DNA from: Chloroflexota bacterium
GTDB lineage: Bacteria; Chloroflexota; UBA11872; VXOZ01
Assembly: GCA_963662335.2 (NCBI GenBank)
Contig: CAXXVD010000005.1
Location: 64,001-128,000 of the forward strand
Direction of reading: 5' to 3'
DNA length: 64,000 nucleotides
How positions within the stretch are numbered: the first letter of the stretch is position 1; each line of letters starts with the position of its first letter. Below are positions 1-9,055 of this stretch, one piece after another. The notes beneath the pieces were generated by a model. The model worked only from the letters and a program-made list of their open reading frames with translations, searched no databases and was not told the DNA's origin. The position numbers and the translations under genes are program-made.

Positions 1-40
1 TCACTCTCGCTTGCACTCTTCTCACTTTGGCGAAAGACGT

Positions 41-1630
41 ATGCAGTCTATTCGCGTCTCGGTTTCTTTGATTCTCGTAGCTTTCGTGGTCACCGCGGTC
101 GGATTCCCCGCTAGCCTCGCGCAGGCGCGGGGGCCGCTGGCGGGTAGGGTCATCGTCATCGATCCCGGCCACGGCGGTGAAGACCCCGGCGCCGTGGTCA
201 ACGGCTTCCGGGAAAAAGACGTCAATCTTGCGGTGGCCCTCAAGCTCAAGTCACTCTTGGAAACGGCAAGCGCCGCCACCGTCTACACGCGGCTCGACGA
301 CTCCACCTTGGGGAACAGCGCGCAAAGCCGCCGCTCAGATCTGGACGCGCGTGTGGCAATCGCGAATCATTCGCGGGCGGACATTTTCATCTCCATTCAC
401 GCCGACTCCGTGATCGACGCTTCCCGGACAGGCGCGGTGGTCTACTACGGACCCGCCAATGGCTACGTCTATCCCGACACCCGCCCGCCGGAACTCGTGG
501 CCCAGAGTCGGAATCTCGCCGCCAGCATCCGTGACGGTCTTATGAATGTCGCCCAAGCCGATGATCGCGGCGTTCACTCTGCGCCGTACTACCTTCTGGG
601 TAAGATTGGCATGCCGGCCGTAATTGCGGAAATAGGCACGTTGACGAATTTCACCGAAGCGCACAGACTCAGCGATCCCTTCTACCAACAGCAAGTCGCG
701 CACTCCCTCTACAGCGGTATTCTGGCTTACTTCATAAATCCCGACGGCCGTTTCGTCGAGGACCTGACCATACCGGACGGGGCCGCAATTCTGGCGGGAA
801 GCAACTTCATCAAGACGTGGAAGATCATGAACACGGGTGGGATGACGTGGAACGGCGAGTATCGCCTGGTCTTCAAAGGCCGCAACCGCTTTGGCGGGCC
901 CGAGAGCGTGCCCTTGCCGCACCTGCGGCCCGGCGAGACCGGCGCAGTGAGCCTCGAACTTCGAGCGCCGCATGTGTGCGGCGAGTGCACGGGAGTCTGG
1001 ACCCTGCAGGGTCCGGGCGGACTGCGCCTTGGCGATGACCTCTGGGTGAGTATTCGCGTGCGCAAGCCACTGCCTACCGACCCGGTAGCGCCGAGCAACA
1101 ATCCCAACGCGCTCTACTTTGCGCAAACCGGACACAACGTCCTCGGCGTCTTTCGCGCCTTCTTCGAAGCGCACGGCGGCATTGACATCTTTGGCTATCC
1201 GCGCACGGAGCAATTCAGGGAAGACGGCATGACGGTTCAGTACTTCCAGCGTGCGCGCTTCGAATACCACCCGGAGTACGCGGGCACGCCGTACGAGGTG
1301 CAACTGACGCTGCTGGGCATTGAGATGCGCAACGGTGAGCCGCCGGCGCAGACCGTAGCGCCGCTGCCCACTACGGATACGCAGCAATTTTTCCCGGAGA
1401 CCGGGCACTCCGTGCACTTCGCGTTCCTGAAGTACTTCCGCGAGCACGGCGGCATCTACATCTTTGGCTATCCCATCACCCAAGAGGTGAGTGAGAATGG
1501 CAAGAACGTCCAGTACTTCCAACGCGCCCGTTTCGAGTATCACCCCCAACACGCCGGCACGCCCTATGAGGTAAAACTGGGCCTCCTGGGCGACTGGATC
1601 CTGCGTCAGAAGGCACTGCTCTTCAACTGA
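41..1630 (+). CDS. N-acetylmuramoyl-L-alanine amidase (Amidase_3) with NBR1-Ig-like domain and two Chloroflexi-type C-terminal surface repeats
   Basis: Signal peptide; IDPGHGGED, EKDVNL, FISIHAD and AEIGTLTN Amidase_3 motifs; FVEDLTIPDG..FIKTWKIMNTG domain; duplicated (Y/F)FxxTGH..FGYP..VQYFQRARFEYHP repeat. ATG at 41 chosen as start. Confidence 0.9.
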   Translation: MQSIRVSVSLILVAFVVTAVGFPASLAQARGPLAGRVIVIDPGHGGEDPGAVVNGFREKDVNLAVALKLKSLLETASAATVYTRLDDSTLGNSAQSRRSDLDARVAIANHSRADIFISIHADSVIDASRTGAVVYYGPANGYVYPDTRPPELVAQSRNLAASIRDGLMNVAQADDRGVHSAPYYLLGKIGMPAVIAEIGTLTNFTEAHRLSDPFYQQQVAHSLYSGILAYFINPDGRFVEDLTIPDGAAILAGSNFIKTWKIMNTGGMTWNGEYRLVFKGRNRFGGPESVPLPHLRPGETGAVSLELRAPHVCGECTGVWTLQGPGGLRLGDDLWVSIRVRKPLPTDPVAPSNNPNALYFAQTGHNVLGVFRAFFEAHGGIDIFGYPRTEQFREDGMTVQYFQRARFEYHPEYAGTPYEVQLTLLGIEMRNGEPPAQTVAPLPTTDTQQFFPETGHSVHFAFLKYFREHGGIYIFGYPITQEVSENGKNVQYFQRARFEYHPQHAGTPYEVKLGLLGDWILRQKALLFN

Positions 1631-1828
1631 GGTCTATCGATGCACCTGTTCTCCTAATCCCTGAATTCGCGTACGCGCACTACGCGCGTACACCTTCCCT
1701 CCTCCATTTTCCTGATGACAAGCCGCTCGTACGCCCGGGCGGCTTGTCATATTAAACGCCGCGCCCCCAGCGTGCGGTTTACCTGTGTAGCGAAGCGCCG
1801 CGAACTCTACCCCACGGCGCAAGAACCT

Positions 1829-1901
1829 GTCCATTCTGAGGAGCGCAGCGACGAAGAATCTCGTGCGCCCACCATAGATTCCTCGCTGCGCTCGGAATGA
1901 C
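1829..1901. repeat. Inverted pair of REP-like palindromes (family A/A2, GTCATTCCGAGCGCAGCGAGGAATCT type)
   Basis: CATTCTGAGGAGCGCAGCGACGAAGAATCT followed by AGATTCCTCGCTGCGCTCGGAATGAC; the same motifs recur at 8781, 27500, 34134, 35672, 43995, 45596 and 58537. Confidence 0.85.
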
Positions 1902-1962
1902 CGGCGCCGCGGCCTTGCGAAACTGTGATCTAGCGGTCCGCCCACAGCGGGCAGCGCGCTAT

Positions 1963-1991
1963 TTGCGCTATCTTCCACGCCTGTGTATAAT
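1963..1991 (+). promoter_or_regulatory. Sigma70-type promoter P1 upstream of lon
   Basis: TTGCGC(1963-1968)-17 nt-TATAAT(1986-1991). Confidence 0.6.
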
Positions 1992-2017
1992 GGGGCTATC
2001 TCAGCTACTATAGTAAA

Positions 2018-2047
2018 GTTGACACGCTGACACTCAACCTATATGCT
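2018..2047 (+). promoter_or_regulatory. HAIR-like HspR operator overlapping sigma70 promoter P2
   Basis: GTTGACA-N7-ACTCAAC (2018-2038) resembles HAIR CTTGAGT-N7-ACTCAAG. It overlaps TTGACA(2019-2024)-17 nt-TATGCT(2042-2047), and hspR lies in the downstream operon. Confidence 0.75.
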
Positions 2048-2094
2048 GGAGGTGGTAGATCCCATGCATAGCAAATCTACGAGGACACGCTCGT

Positions 2095-4599
2095 ATGGCT
2101 AAGCAGCCTGAACGAAGCCGGGAAGCGGAAGAGACGCCGGCGGGGCAAGAACTACTGCGCCTGCCGGTGGTCGTCCTTACGGACTCTGTCGTCTTTCCAT
2201 ACATGACGGTGCCGCTGCGTCTTGAGGACGAGGCCGCGTACCGGGCGGTTGTGGCCGCGCGTGAGCAGGAGACCAAGGTCTTGCTGCTTACGCCGGACAA
2301 GGAGTTCAAACTGCACATCCCCAAGCGCGAGCACGCCGGGGCCGTTGGCACCATCGCCGGCGTCGGCCAGGTCATTCGCCTGCCGGACGGTAAGCATCAG
2401 GCGCTCTTCCAAGGCCAGAAGCGCGGCCGCCTGCTCAAGATTTGGAAGCAGAAGCACCTGGTCGCCGAGGTGGAACCTGTAGAAGAAGTGGCGGAGACCA
2501 CCCTGGAAACCGAGGCGCTCGTGCGGAGCGTCATCAATCAGATCGAAGCCTACGTTGAGAAAGAGCCCCAGGTGCCGCGCGACGCCGTCGCGGTAGCGCG
2601 GGGGATGGATGATCCGGGCCGGCTTGCCGACCTCTTCGGCTACGCGCCGGAACTCACGCTGAACGAGCGCCGCAGGCTCTTGAGCATTCTCGATCCGGTG
2701 GAGCGCCTGCGGCGCGTCTACCGCATCATGGCCCGCCAATTGCAGATCTCCGAGGTCAAGGCCCGCATTCAGGGTGAAATCCAGCAAGGCATGGAAAAAG
2801 CCCAGCGCGAGTACTACCTGCGGGAGCAATTGAAGGCAATTCACCGGGAGTTGGGCGAGGCTAACCCGCAACTGGCCGAAATCGAGGAGATCAAGAAGGC
2901 GATCGAAGCCTCGCACATGCCCGACGAGGTCAAGGAGAAGGCGCGCCACGAAGCCGGGCGGCTGGGCAACATGCCGTCGGCCTCACCGGAAGTCGGCATC
3001 GTGCGCACGTATCTCGAGTGGCTGCTCGCCCTGCCCTGGGTCAGCGCTGCGCCACAGGAAACAGACGTAGAAGTAGACATAAAAGTAGTGAAGGCCGTTC
3101 TGGATGCGGACCACTACGGCTTGGACAAGGTGAAAGACCGCATCCTCGAATACCTGGCGGTGCGCAGCCTGGCAAAGCACGCGCGCACACCCATACTCTG
3201 CCTGATCGGCCCGCCAGGCGTCGGCAAGACCTCACTGGGCCGTTCGATCGCGCGCGCCCTGGACCGCAAGTTCGTCCGCATCAGCTTGGGCGGCGTGCGG
3301 GACGAAGGCGAGATACGCGGCCATCGCCGCACCTATATTGGCGCGCTGCCGGGGCGCATCATCCAAGGCATGCGCCAGGCCGGCGTCATCAATCCGGTCT
3401 TCGTGCTGGACGAGATCGATAAGTTGGGGTACGACTTCCGCGGCGATCCTTCCAGCGCCATGCTGGAGGTGCTCGACCCCGAACAGAACTTCAGCTTCTC
3501 CGACCACTATCTCGAAGCGCCCTACGACCTCTCGCAGGTGCTGTTCATCGCGACGGGAAACCTGGCGGAGACGATTCCGCCCGCGCTCCGCGACCGCATG
3601 GAAGTAATCAACATTTCCGGCTATACGGAAGAGGAGAAGCTCCACATTGCGCGCGGGTATCTGGTGCCGCGGCAGTTGAAGCAGCATGGGCTGGGCCGCG
3701 CGCAGTGCACGATTACGGAGGACGGCCTGCGCAAGATTGTCCGCGGCTACACGGCAGAAGCCGGCGTGCGCAATCTGGAACGCCAGATTGCCACGATCGA
3801 CCGCAAGGTGGCGCGCCTGATCGCGGCCGGCGAACAGAAAACGGTGCGCGTCGGCCCGCGCCGGGTGCAAGATCTCTTGGGCCCGGAGAAGCTGAACACC
3901 AAACTCGACAAGCGCGCAGACGAAGTCGGCGTGGTCACCGGTCTGGCGTGGACCGCGGCCGGCGGTGAGATTAGCACCGTAGAAGCCGCGCTCATGAAAG
4001 GCAAAGGCAACCTCATCCTGACCGGCCAGCTTGGCGAAGTAATGAAAGAGTCCGCCGTGACGGCGCTCTCTTTCGCCCGGGCCAAGGCGCGGGCGCTGAA
4101 CATTGCGGCGGACGTCGTCGCGGACAACGATCTCCATGTCCACGTGCCGGCCGGCGCCGTGCCCAAGGAAGGGCCCTCCGCCGGCGTGGCGCTGGCGACT
4201 TCGATTGTCTCCGTTCTCACGCAGCGTCCAGTCAGCAAAGATGTCGCCATGACCGGTGAGGTCACGTTGCGCGGCCGCGTACTGCCGGTGAGCGGTCTCA
4301 AAGAGAAATTGCTCGCGGCCCACCGCGCCGGCGTGCGCTCGGTGGTGCTGCCCAGCAAGAACCGGCACAGCCTGGAAGACGTGCCGCAAGAAGCGCTGGA
4401 GCAATTGCGCATCATCTGGGCCGACACGATGGACGACGTGCTCGACGCCGCGCTCTTGCAAGCCGCCGGCGGGAAGAGCAAGGCGAAACGTCCCAAGGCC
4501 AAGCGGCGGCTGCGGCGAAAGAAGCGCCTGCCCGCGCCGCCGCCGGACAATCAACCAGTCGGTACACCCATCGGACCAACCATAGCTGAGGAGGCATAG
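2095..4599 (+). CDS. lon: ATP-dependent Lon protease
   Basis: LON N-domain, Walker A GPPGVGKT, HRRTYIGALPG, catalytic PKEGPSAG and LKEK. Confidence 0.97.
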   Translation: MAKQPERSREAEETPAGQELLRLPVVVLTDSVVFPYMTVPLRLEDEAAYRAVVAAREQETKVLLLTPDKEFKLHIPKREHAGAVGTIAGVGQVIRLPDGKHQALFQGQKRGRLLKIWKQKHLVAEVEPVEEVAETTLETEALVRSVINQIEAYVEKEPQVPRDAVAVARGMDDPGRLADLFGYAPELTLNERRRLLSILDPVERLRRVYRIMARQLQISEVKARIQGEIQQGMEKAQREYYLREQLKAIHRELGEANPQLAEIEEIKKAIEASHMPDEVKEKARHEAGRLGNMPSASPEVGIVRTYLEWLLALPWVSAAPQETDVEVDIKVVKAVLDADHYGLDKVKDRILEYLAVRSLAKHARTPILCLIGPPGVGKTSLGRSIARALDRKFVRISLGGVRDEGEIRGHRRTYIGALPGRIIQGMRQAGVINPVFVLDEIDKLGYDFRGDPSSAMLEVLDPEQNFSFSDHYLEAPYDLSQVLFIATGNLAETIPPALRDRMEVINISGYTEEEKLHIARGYLVPRQLKQHGLGRAQCTITEDGLRKIVRGYTAEAGVRNLERQIATIDRKVARLIAAGEQKTVRVGPRRVQDLLGPEKLNTKLDKRADEVGVVTGLAWTAAGGEISTVEAALMKGKGNLILTGQLGEVMKESAVTALSFARAKARALNIAADVVADNDLHVHVPAGAVPKEGPSAGVALATSIVSVLTQRPVSKDVAMTGEVTLRGRVLPVSGLKEKLLAAHRAGVRSVVLPSKNRHSLEDVPQEALEQLRIIWADTMDDVLDAALLQAAGGKSKAKRPKAKRRLRRKKRLPAPPPDNQPVGTPIGPTIAEEA

Positions 4600-4602
4600 C
4601 GC

Positions 4603-6570
4603 ATGGGTAAGATAATTGGCATAGACCTTGGTACAACCAACTCCGTGGTCGCAGTGATGGAAGGCGGCGACCCGGTAGTGATTCCCACGGCGGAGGGCGG
4701 CGACCTCTGTCCTTCGGTCGTGGCGTTCACGAAGAGTGAAGAGCGTCTGGTAGGCCAGTTGGCGCGGCGGCAAGCCGTGCTGAACCCGGAGAACACGGTC
4801 TCTTCCATCAAGCGTTTCATGGGCCATCGCCACGATGAAGTCCAAAATGAAGGCAACCGCGTCGCCTATTCGATTGCCAAGGGGCCGAAAGGCGAGGCGC
4901 GGGTGGCCGTGCCCGCGCTGGGCAAGGACTTCACCCCGGAGGAAGTCGCGGCGATGATTCTGCAGAAGCTCAAAGGCGACGCCGAGAAGTACCTGGGTGA
5001 GGAAGTGACGCAGGCGGTGATAACCGTGCCGGCGTACTTCAATGACAGCCAACGCCAAGCCACGAAGAACGCCGGCCAAATCGCCGGCCTCGAGGTGCTG
5101 CGCATCATCAACGAGCCTACCGCCGCGTCGTTGGCGTATGGCCTCGAAAAGAAAGCCACGGAAACCATCTTGGTCTGGGACCTGGGCGGCGGCACGTTCG
5201 ACGTCTCCATTCTCGAGGTGGGCGACGGCGTCTTCGAGGTCAAGTCTACGGCGGGCGATACCCATCTGGGCGGCGACGACTACGACGATAAGATCGTCAG
5301 CCATCTGGCCGAGCAGTTCCAGAATGACGAGGGCATCAACCTGCGCCAGGACCGGCAGGCGCTGCAACGCTTGATCGAAGCGGCGGAAAAGGCCAAGATC
5401 GAGCTCTCCACCATGCTGCAGACGGAGATCAACTTGCCGTACATCACCGCGGACCAGAACGGCCCGAAGCACCTCTCCCACACGTTGACCCGCGCCCGCT
5501 TCGAAGACCTGACCGCGACGCTGACCGACCGCACGCAGCGTCCCTTCCAACAGGCCCTCAATGACGCCGGTCTCAGCCCCAACGACATCGATGAAGTGGT
5601 GCTGGTGGGCGGCGCGACGCGCATGCCGGTGATTCAGGAACTGGTCACGAAACTCATCGGCAAAGATCCGCACCAGGGTGTCAATCCGGATGAGGTCGTC
5701 GCCGTCGGCGCGGCCATTCAGGCCGGCGTGCTGGGCGGCGAGGTGCAGGACGTGGTGCTGCTCGACGTAACCCCGCTCAGCCTGGGCGTGGAGACGCTTG
5801 GCGGCGTCTTCACGAAGATGATCGAGCGCAACACCACCGTGCCGACGCGGAAGAGCGAGATCTTCTCGACGGCGCAAGACGGTCAGAGTGCGGTGGACAT
5901 CATGGTCTTCCAGGGCGAACGTCCCATGGCGAAGGACAACATGCTCTTGGGCCAGTTCCGCCTGGAGGGCATTCCCCCCGCGCCGCGCGGTGTGCCGCAG
6001 GTTGACGTCACGTTCGACATCGACGCCAACGGCATCCTGAACGTGACCGCCAAAGACCTGGGCAGCGGCAAGGAGCAGAACGTTACGATCCATGCCTCCA
6101 CGACGCTCAGCAAGGAGCAGGTGGACCAGATGGTCAAGGAGGCCGAAGAGCACGCCGACGACGACCGGGCGCGGGCGGAGGAAGTGGAACTGCGCAACCG
6201 CGCGGATACCCTCTTGTATCAGACAGAGCGTTCCCTGAATGACCTGGGGGACGACGTGCCGGCGGAAGACCGCGCTGCCGTGGAAGCCGCGCTCGAGAAG
6301 CTGCGGGAGGCCCTGAAGGGCGACGACACCGCCAGCATCGAGGCGGCCGTGGCAGAGGTGCAGCAGGCTTCGATGAAGATTGGCGAGGCCATGTACGCTA
6401 AGGCCGGCGCGGCCCAGGGCGAAGACGGCGATCCGGTCGGCGCGGCCGCCGGACCGCAAAGCAACGCCGCCGCCGGCAGCGACGACACGGTGGTCGATGC
6501 CGAGTTTCGCGCCACTGAAGAGTCGGACGCCGATAGCAAGGAAGATGCGCCGAGCGGCGAGAAGCGCTAG
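4603..6570 (+). CDS. dnaK: Chaperone DnaK (Hsp70)
   Basis: [32 protein letters not shown]; RBS GAGGAGG at the end of lon. Confidence 0.99.
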   Translation: MGKIIGIDLGTTNSVVAVMEGGDPVVIPTAEGGDLCPSVVAFTKSEERLVGQLARRQAVLNPENTVSSIKRFMGHRHDEVQNEGNRVAYSIAKGPKGEARVAVPALGKDFTPEEVAAMILQKLKGDAEKYLGEEVTQAVITVPAYFNDSQRQATKNAGQIAGLEVLRIINEPTAASLAYGLEKKATETILVWDLGGGTFDVSILEVGDGVFEVKSTAGDTHLGGDDYDDKIVSHLAEQFQNDEGINLRQDRQALQRLIEAAEKAKIELSTMLQTEINLPYITADQNGPKHLSHTLTRARFEDLTATLTDRTQRPFQQALNDAGLSPNDIDEVVLVGGATRMPVIQELVTKLIGKDPHQGVNPDEVVAVGAAIQAGVLGGEVQDVVLLDVTPLSLGVETLGGVFTKMIERNTTVPTRKSEIFSTAQDGQSAVDIMVFQGERPMAKDNMLLGQFRLEGIPPAPRGVPQVDVTFDIDANGILNVTAKDLGSGKEQNVTIHASTTLSKEQVDQMVKEAEEHADDDRARAEEVELRNRADTLLYQTERSLNDLGDDVPAEDRAAVEAALEKLREALKGDDTASIEAAVAEVQQASMKIGEAMYAKAGAAQGEDGDPVGAAAGPQSNAAAGSDDTVVDAEFRATEESDADSKEDAPSGEKR

Positions 6571-6618
6571 GCAAGAGGCGGCTCATCGAGCCGTCTCGCC
6601 ACGGGAGGATTGCGACTA

Positions 6619-7266
6619 GTGGCACGAGTGAAGAAGACCGCCCAAGCGGTTGGCGCGGAGAGCGAGGCCGGCGCCGCGGACGTGGCGCCGGAGCAGGCGA
6701 GTGCGTGTTCGCAAGCGGCGGGCGGCGCTGCCGGCTTGGACGTGGAGCCGTCCGCTTCCGATCCCTCGCTTGAAGAGCAACTTGCCGCCGCCGCGCAGGA
6801 AGCCGAAATGTACAAGGACCGGTTCTTGCGCGCGCGCGCCGACCTGGAGAACTACCGCAAACGGTCGGTGCAGTTCATGGCCGAGGGCGTCCGCGATGCG
6901 CAGAAGCAGGTATTCGAGGCGGTTCTGCCTGTGGTAGACAACCTGGAGAGAGCCGTGGCCTACCAGGAGCAACACCGGACGGATGCCGTTGAAGACCTGC
7001 TCACCGGCGTGCGCATGACGCTCGTGCAACTCCACGACGTGTTGGAGCGGCAAGAGGTCAAGCGCATCGAAGCCCTGGGCGAGCCGTTCGATCCGCGCTA
7101 CCACGAAGCGGTGGAGGTGCAGCCCGTTGCCGGTGACGTGGAAGCGGACACCGTGGTGGGAGAGATACAGCCCGGCTATCTCTTTGGCGACGTGGTGCTT
7201 CGTCCCACGCGCGTGCGCGTGGCGCAAGAGCGCACTTCATGTGAAGACCCAGCGGACACGTCCTGA
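6619..7266 (+). CDS. grpE: Nucleotide exchange factor GrpE
   Basis: RARADLENYRKR, LPVVDNLERA, FDPRYHEAV, GYLFGDVVLRP; GTG at 6619 follows GGGAGG. Confidence 0.95.
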   Translation: MARVKKTAQAVGAESEAGAADVAPEQASACSQAAGGAAGLDVEPSASDPSLEEQLAAAAQEAEMYKDRFLRARADLENYRKRSVQFMAEGVRDAQKQVFEAVLPVVDNLERAVAYQEQHRTDAVEDLLTGVRMTLVQLHDVLERQEVKRIEALGEPFDPRYHEAVEVQPVAGDVEADTVVGEIQPGYLFGDVVLRPTRVRVAQERTSCEDPADTS

Positions 7267-7320
7267 ACGGCAGTGGGTTTCCTCGCCGGCAGCTATGCCG
7301 CGCGCTGTAGAGAGAATGCG

Positions 7321-8331
7321 ATGGAGTTCAAGGACTACTACAAGGTGCTTGGCGTCTCGCCAAAATCCTCGTCGAAGGAGATCAAGCAGACGTACCGTCG
7401 TCTCGCGCGCAAGTACCACCCGGACGTGAACCCGGGCGATGCCGGGGCCGAAGAGCGTTTCAAGGAGATCAATGAAGCGTACGAGGCGCTGCGGGACGAG
7501 AGGAAGCGGGCGCGTTACGACCAGGCGCGCGCCGCGCACCGGTCCGGGCGCGCCTGGCAGACCAATACCAACGCGCGCACCGGCGGCTTTCCGTTTGACT
7601 TTGGCGGTCTGGACGGTCTCGATTTCGAGGGAATTGGGCGCGGCAATGCGAGGTCCGGCGGCTTTTCGGATTTCTTCGAATCGCTCTTTGGCCGCACGCA
7701 GCAGCCGGACGACCGGCAAGGCCGCAACCTGGAGCAGGAACTCGAGGTCACGTTGGCCGAGGCCTACGCCGGCACGAGCCGCACGTTCAACGCGCAGGTA
7801 CCTGGAACGTGCCCCGCCTGTGGCGGCGCCGGCCACGCCGCCGGCACGGTATGCACCGGTTGCCGCGGCAGCGGCAGCCGCTTGCGGCAGCGGCGGCTCG
7901 AAGTGAAGATTCCGGCCGGTGTGCGTGAAGGCTCCCGCATTCGCGTCGCGGGTGAAGGGCATCCCGGCACAAACGGCCAGCGCGGCGACCTCTATCTGGC
8001 TGTGAAGATTGCGCCGGACCCGCGCTTCGAGTTGCAGTCCGACGATCTGCACGTTGACGCGCACGTGGATCTCGTGGACGCCGTCCTGGGCGCGGAGATA
8101 CACGTGCCGACGCCGGACGGCAAGAGCGTCATGATGCGCATTCCCGCTGAAACGCCAAATGGACAGGTGTTTCGCCTGGCCGGCCAAGGCATGCCGCAAC
8201 TCAAGGGCGGCGCGCGCGGCAGCCTGTTCGTGCGCGTCCACGTGCGACTGCCCAAAGGACTATCGCCGCGAGAGAAGGAACTCTTTGCCGAGTTAGCGCA
8301 AATTCGCAAGGGCAGCCCGGTAACGGCGTAG
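7321..8331 (+). CDS. dnaJ: DnaJ-family co-chaperone with reduced zinc finger
   Basis: KDYYKVLGV, HPD motif, G/F-rich region, only two CxxCxGxG repeats, C-terminal DnaJ domain. Confidence 0.92.
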   Translation: MEFKDYYKVLGVSPKSSSKEIKQTYRRLARKYHPDVNPGDAGAEERFKEINEAYEALRDERKRARYDQARAAHRSGRAWQTNTNARTGGFPFDFGGLDGLDFEGIGRGNARSGGFSDFFESLFGRTQQPDDRQGRNLEQELEVTLAEAYAGTSRTFNAQVPGTCPACGGAGHAAGTVCTGCRGSGSRLRQRRLEVKIPAGVREGSRIRVAGEGHPGTNGQRGDLYLAVKIAPDPRFELQSDDLHVDAHVDLVDAVLGAEIHVPTPDGKSVMMRIPAETPNGQVFRLAGQGMPQLKGGARGSLFVRVHVRLPKGLSPREKELFAELAQIRKGSPVTA

Positions 8332-8384
8332 GCCGCGCGTCTCGGAATCGGGCAAGGCCGCAGTGGGGGGAGATTGAGCATAGC

Positions 8385-8747
8385 ATGAACATCCGCTTTG
8401 AAGGCGAGGGGCCGTTCTTTGCCATTGGCGTCGTGGCCGAGGTGCTGCGGGTGCACCCGCAAACGCTGCGGCACTACGAGCGCCTGGGGTTGGTCAAGCC
8501 GCGCCGCTCCAAGGGCAATGTTCGTCTCTATTCACAGGCGGACCTGGAACGGATGGAGCAAATCCAGCGCCTGGTAAATGACTTGGGCGTCAACCTCGCC
8601 GGTGTCGAAGTCATCCTCAATCTCACCGAGCGCATGGAACGGCTTCAAGATGAGATGGATCAGAAACTTGCCGCGCAGCGCGAGCAGTATGAAGCGGAGA
8701 TTGCGCGCCTCAAGGGCCTTTTGCAACGGGTGACCCGCAACTACTAG
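8385..8747 (+). CDS. hspR: MerR-family heat-shock repressor HspR
   Basis: VHPQTLRHYERLGL..P.RS.G..RLYS, LGVNLAGVEVIL; located after dnaJ. Confidence 0.9.
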   Translation: MNIRFEGEGPFFAIGVVAEVLRVHPQTLRHYERLGLVKPRRSKGNVRLYSQADLERMEQIQRLVNDLGVNLAGVEVILNLTERMERLQDEMDQKLAAQREQYEAEIARLKGLLQRVTRNY

Positions 8748-8780
8748 GCATTCAACAATCAGGCATTGTTGACACTCAGT

Positions 8781-8990
8781 GTCATTCCGAGCGCAGCGCG
8801 GAATCTACACGTAGCGTGGGGGGCTTGTCCCCAGTTGGAACTACAGCGTAGCGCGGGGGCTTGTCCCCCGCTTGGGACACCTGCGCGGCATGTGGCGCAG
8901 ATAGATTCCGGCTTTCGCCGGAATGACAGACAATGCGCCGGAGTGACGGGCTGCGCACCGGAATGACGGATGAGGCGCCGGAGTGACAGG
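8781..8990. repeat. Cluster of REP-like elements between hspR and clp
   Basis: Family A copy, two GTAGCG(C/T)GGGGGCTTGTCCCC copies, AGATTCCGGCTTTCGCCGGAATGAC, and partial CCGGA(A/G)TGAC ends. Confidence 0.85.
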
Positions 8991-9055
8991 CTGCGCGCTT
9001 GGCATTGGCCCCTGCGCCGCCGGCTGCTTGCGGCAACGAATAAGGATGATGGTAC

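Noticed and set aside
1634-1978. Short intergenic ORFs containing CHSERSEES, WIPACAGMT or RSAGACPP (e.g. 1634, 8766, 21107, 24254, 34070, 43871)
   Set aside because: Translations of REP elements without RBS or domain content.
3232-6459. 1075-aa antisense ORF opposite lon/dnaK, and similar long antisense ORFs opposite clp, the kinase, amt and ATP-grasp
   Set aside because: Shadow ORFs expected from high-GC codon bias; they fully overlap well-conserved genes and have no recognisable motifs.
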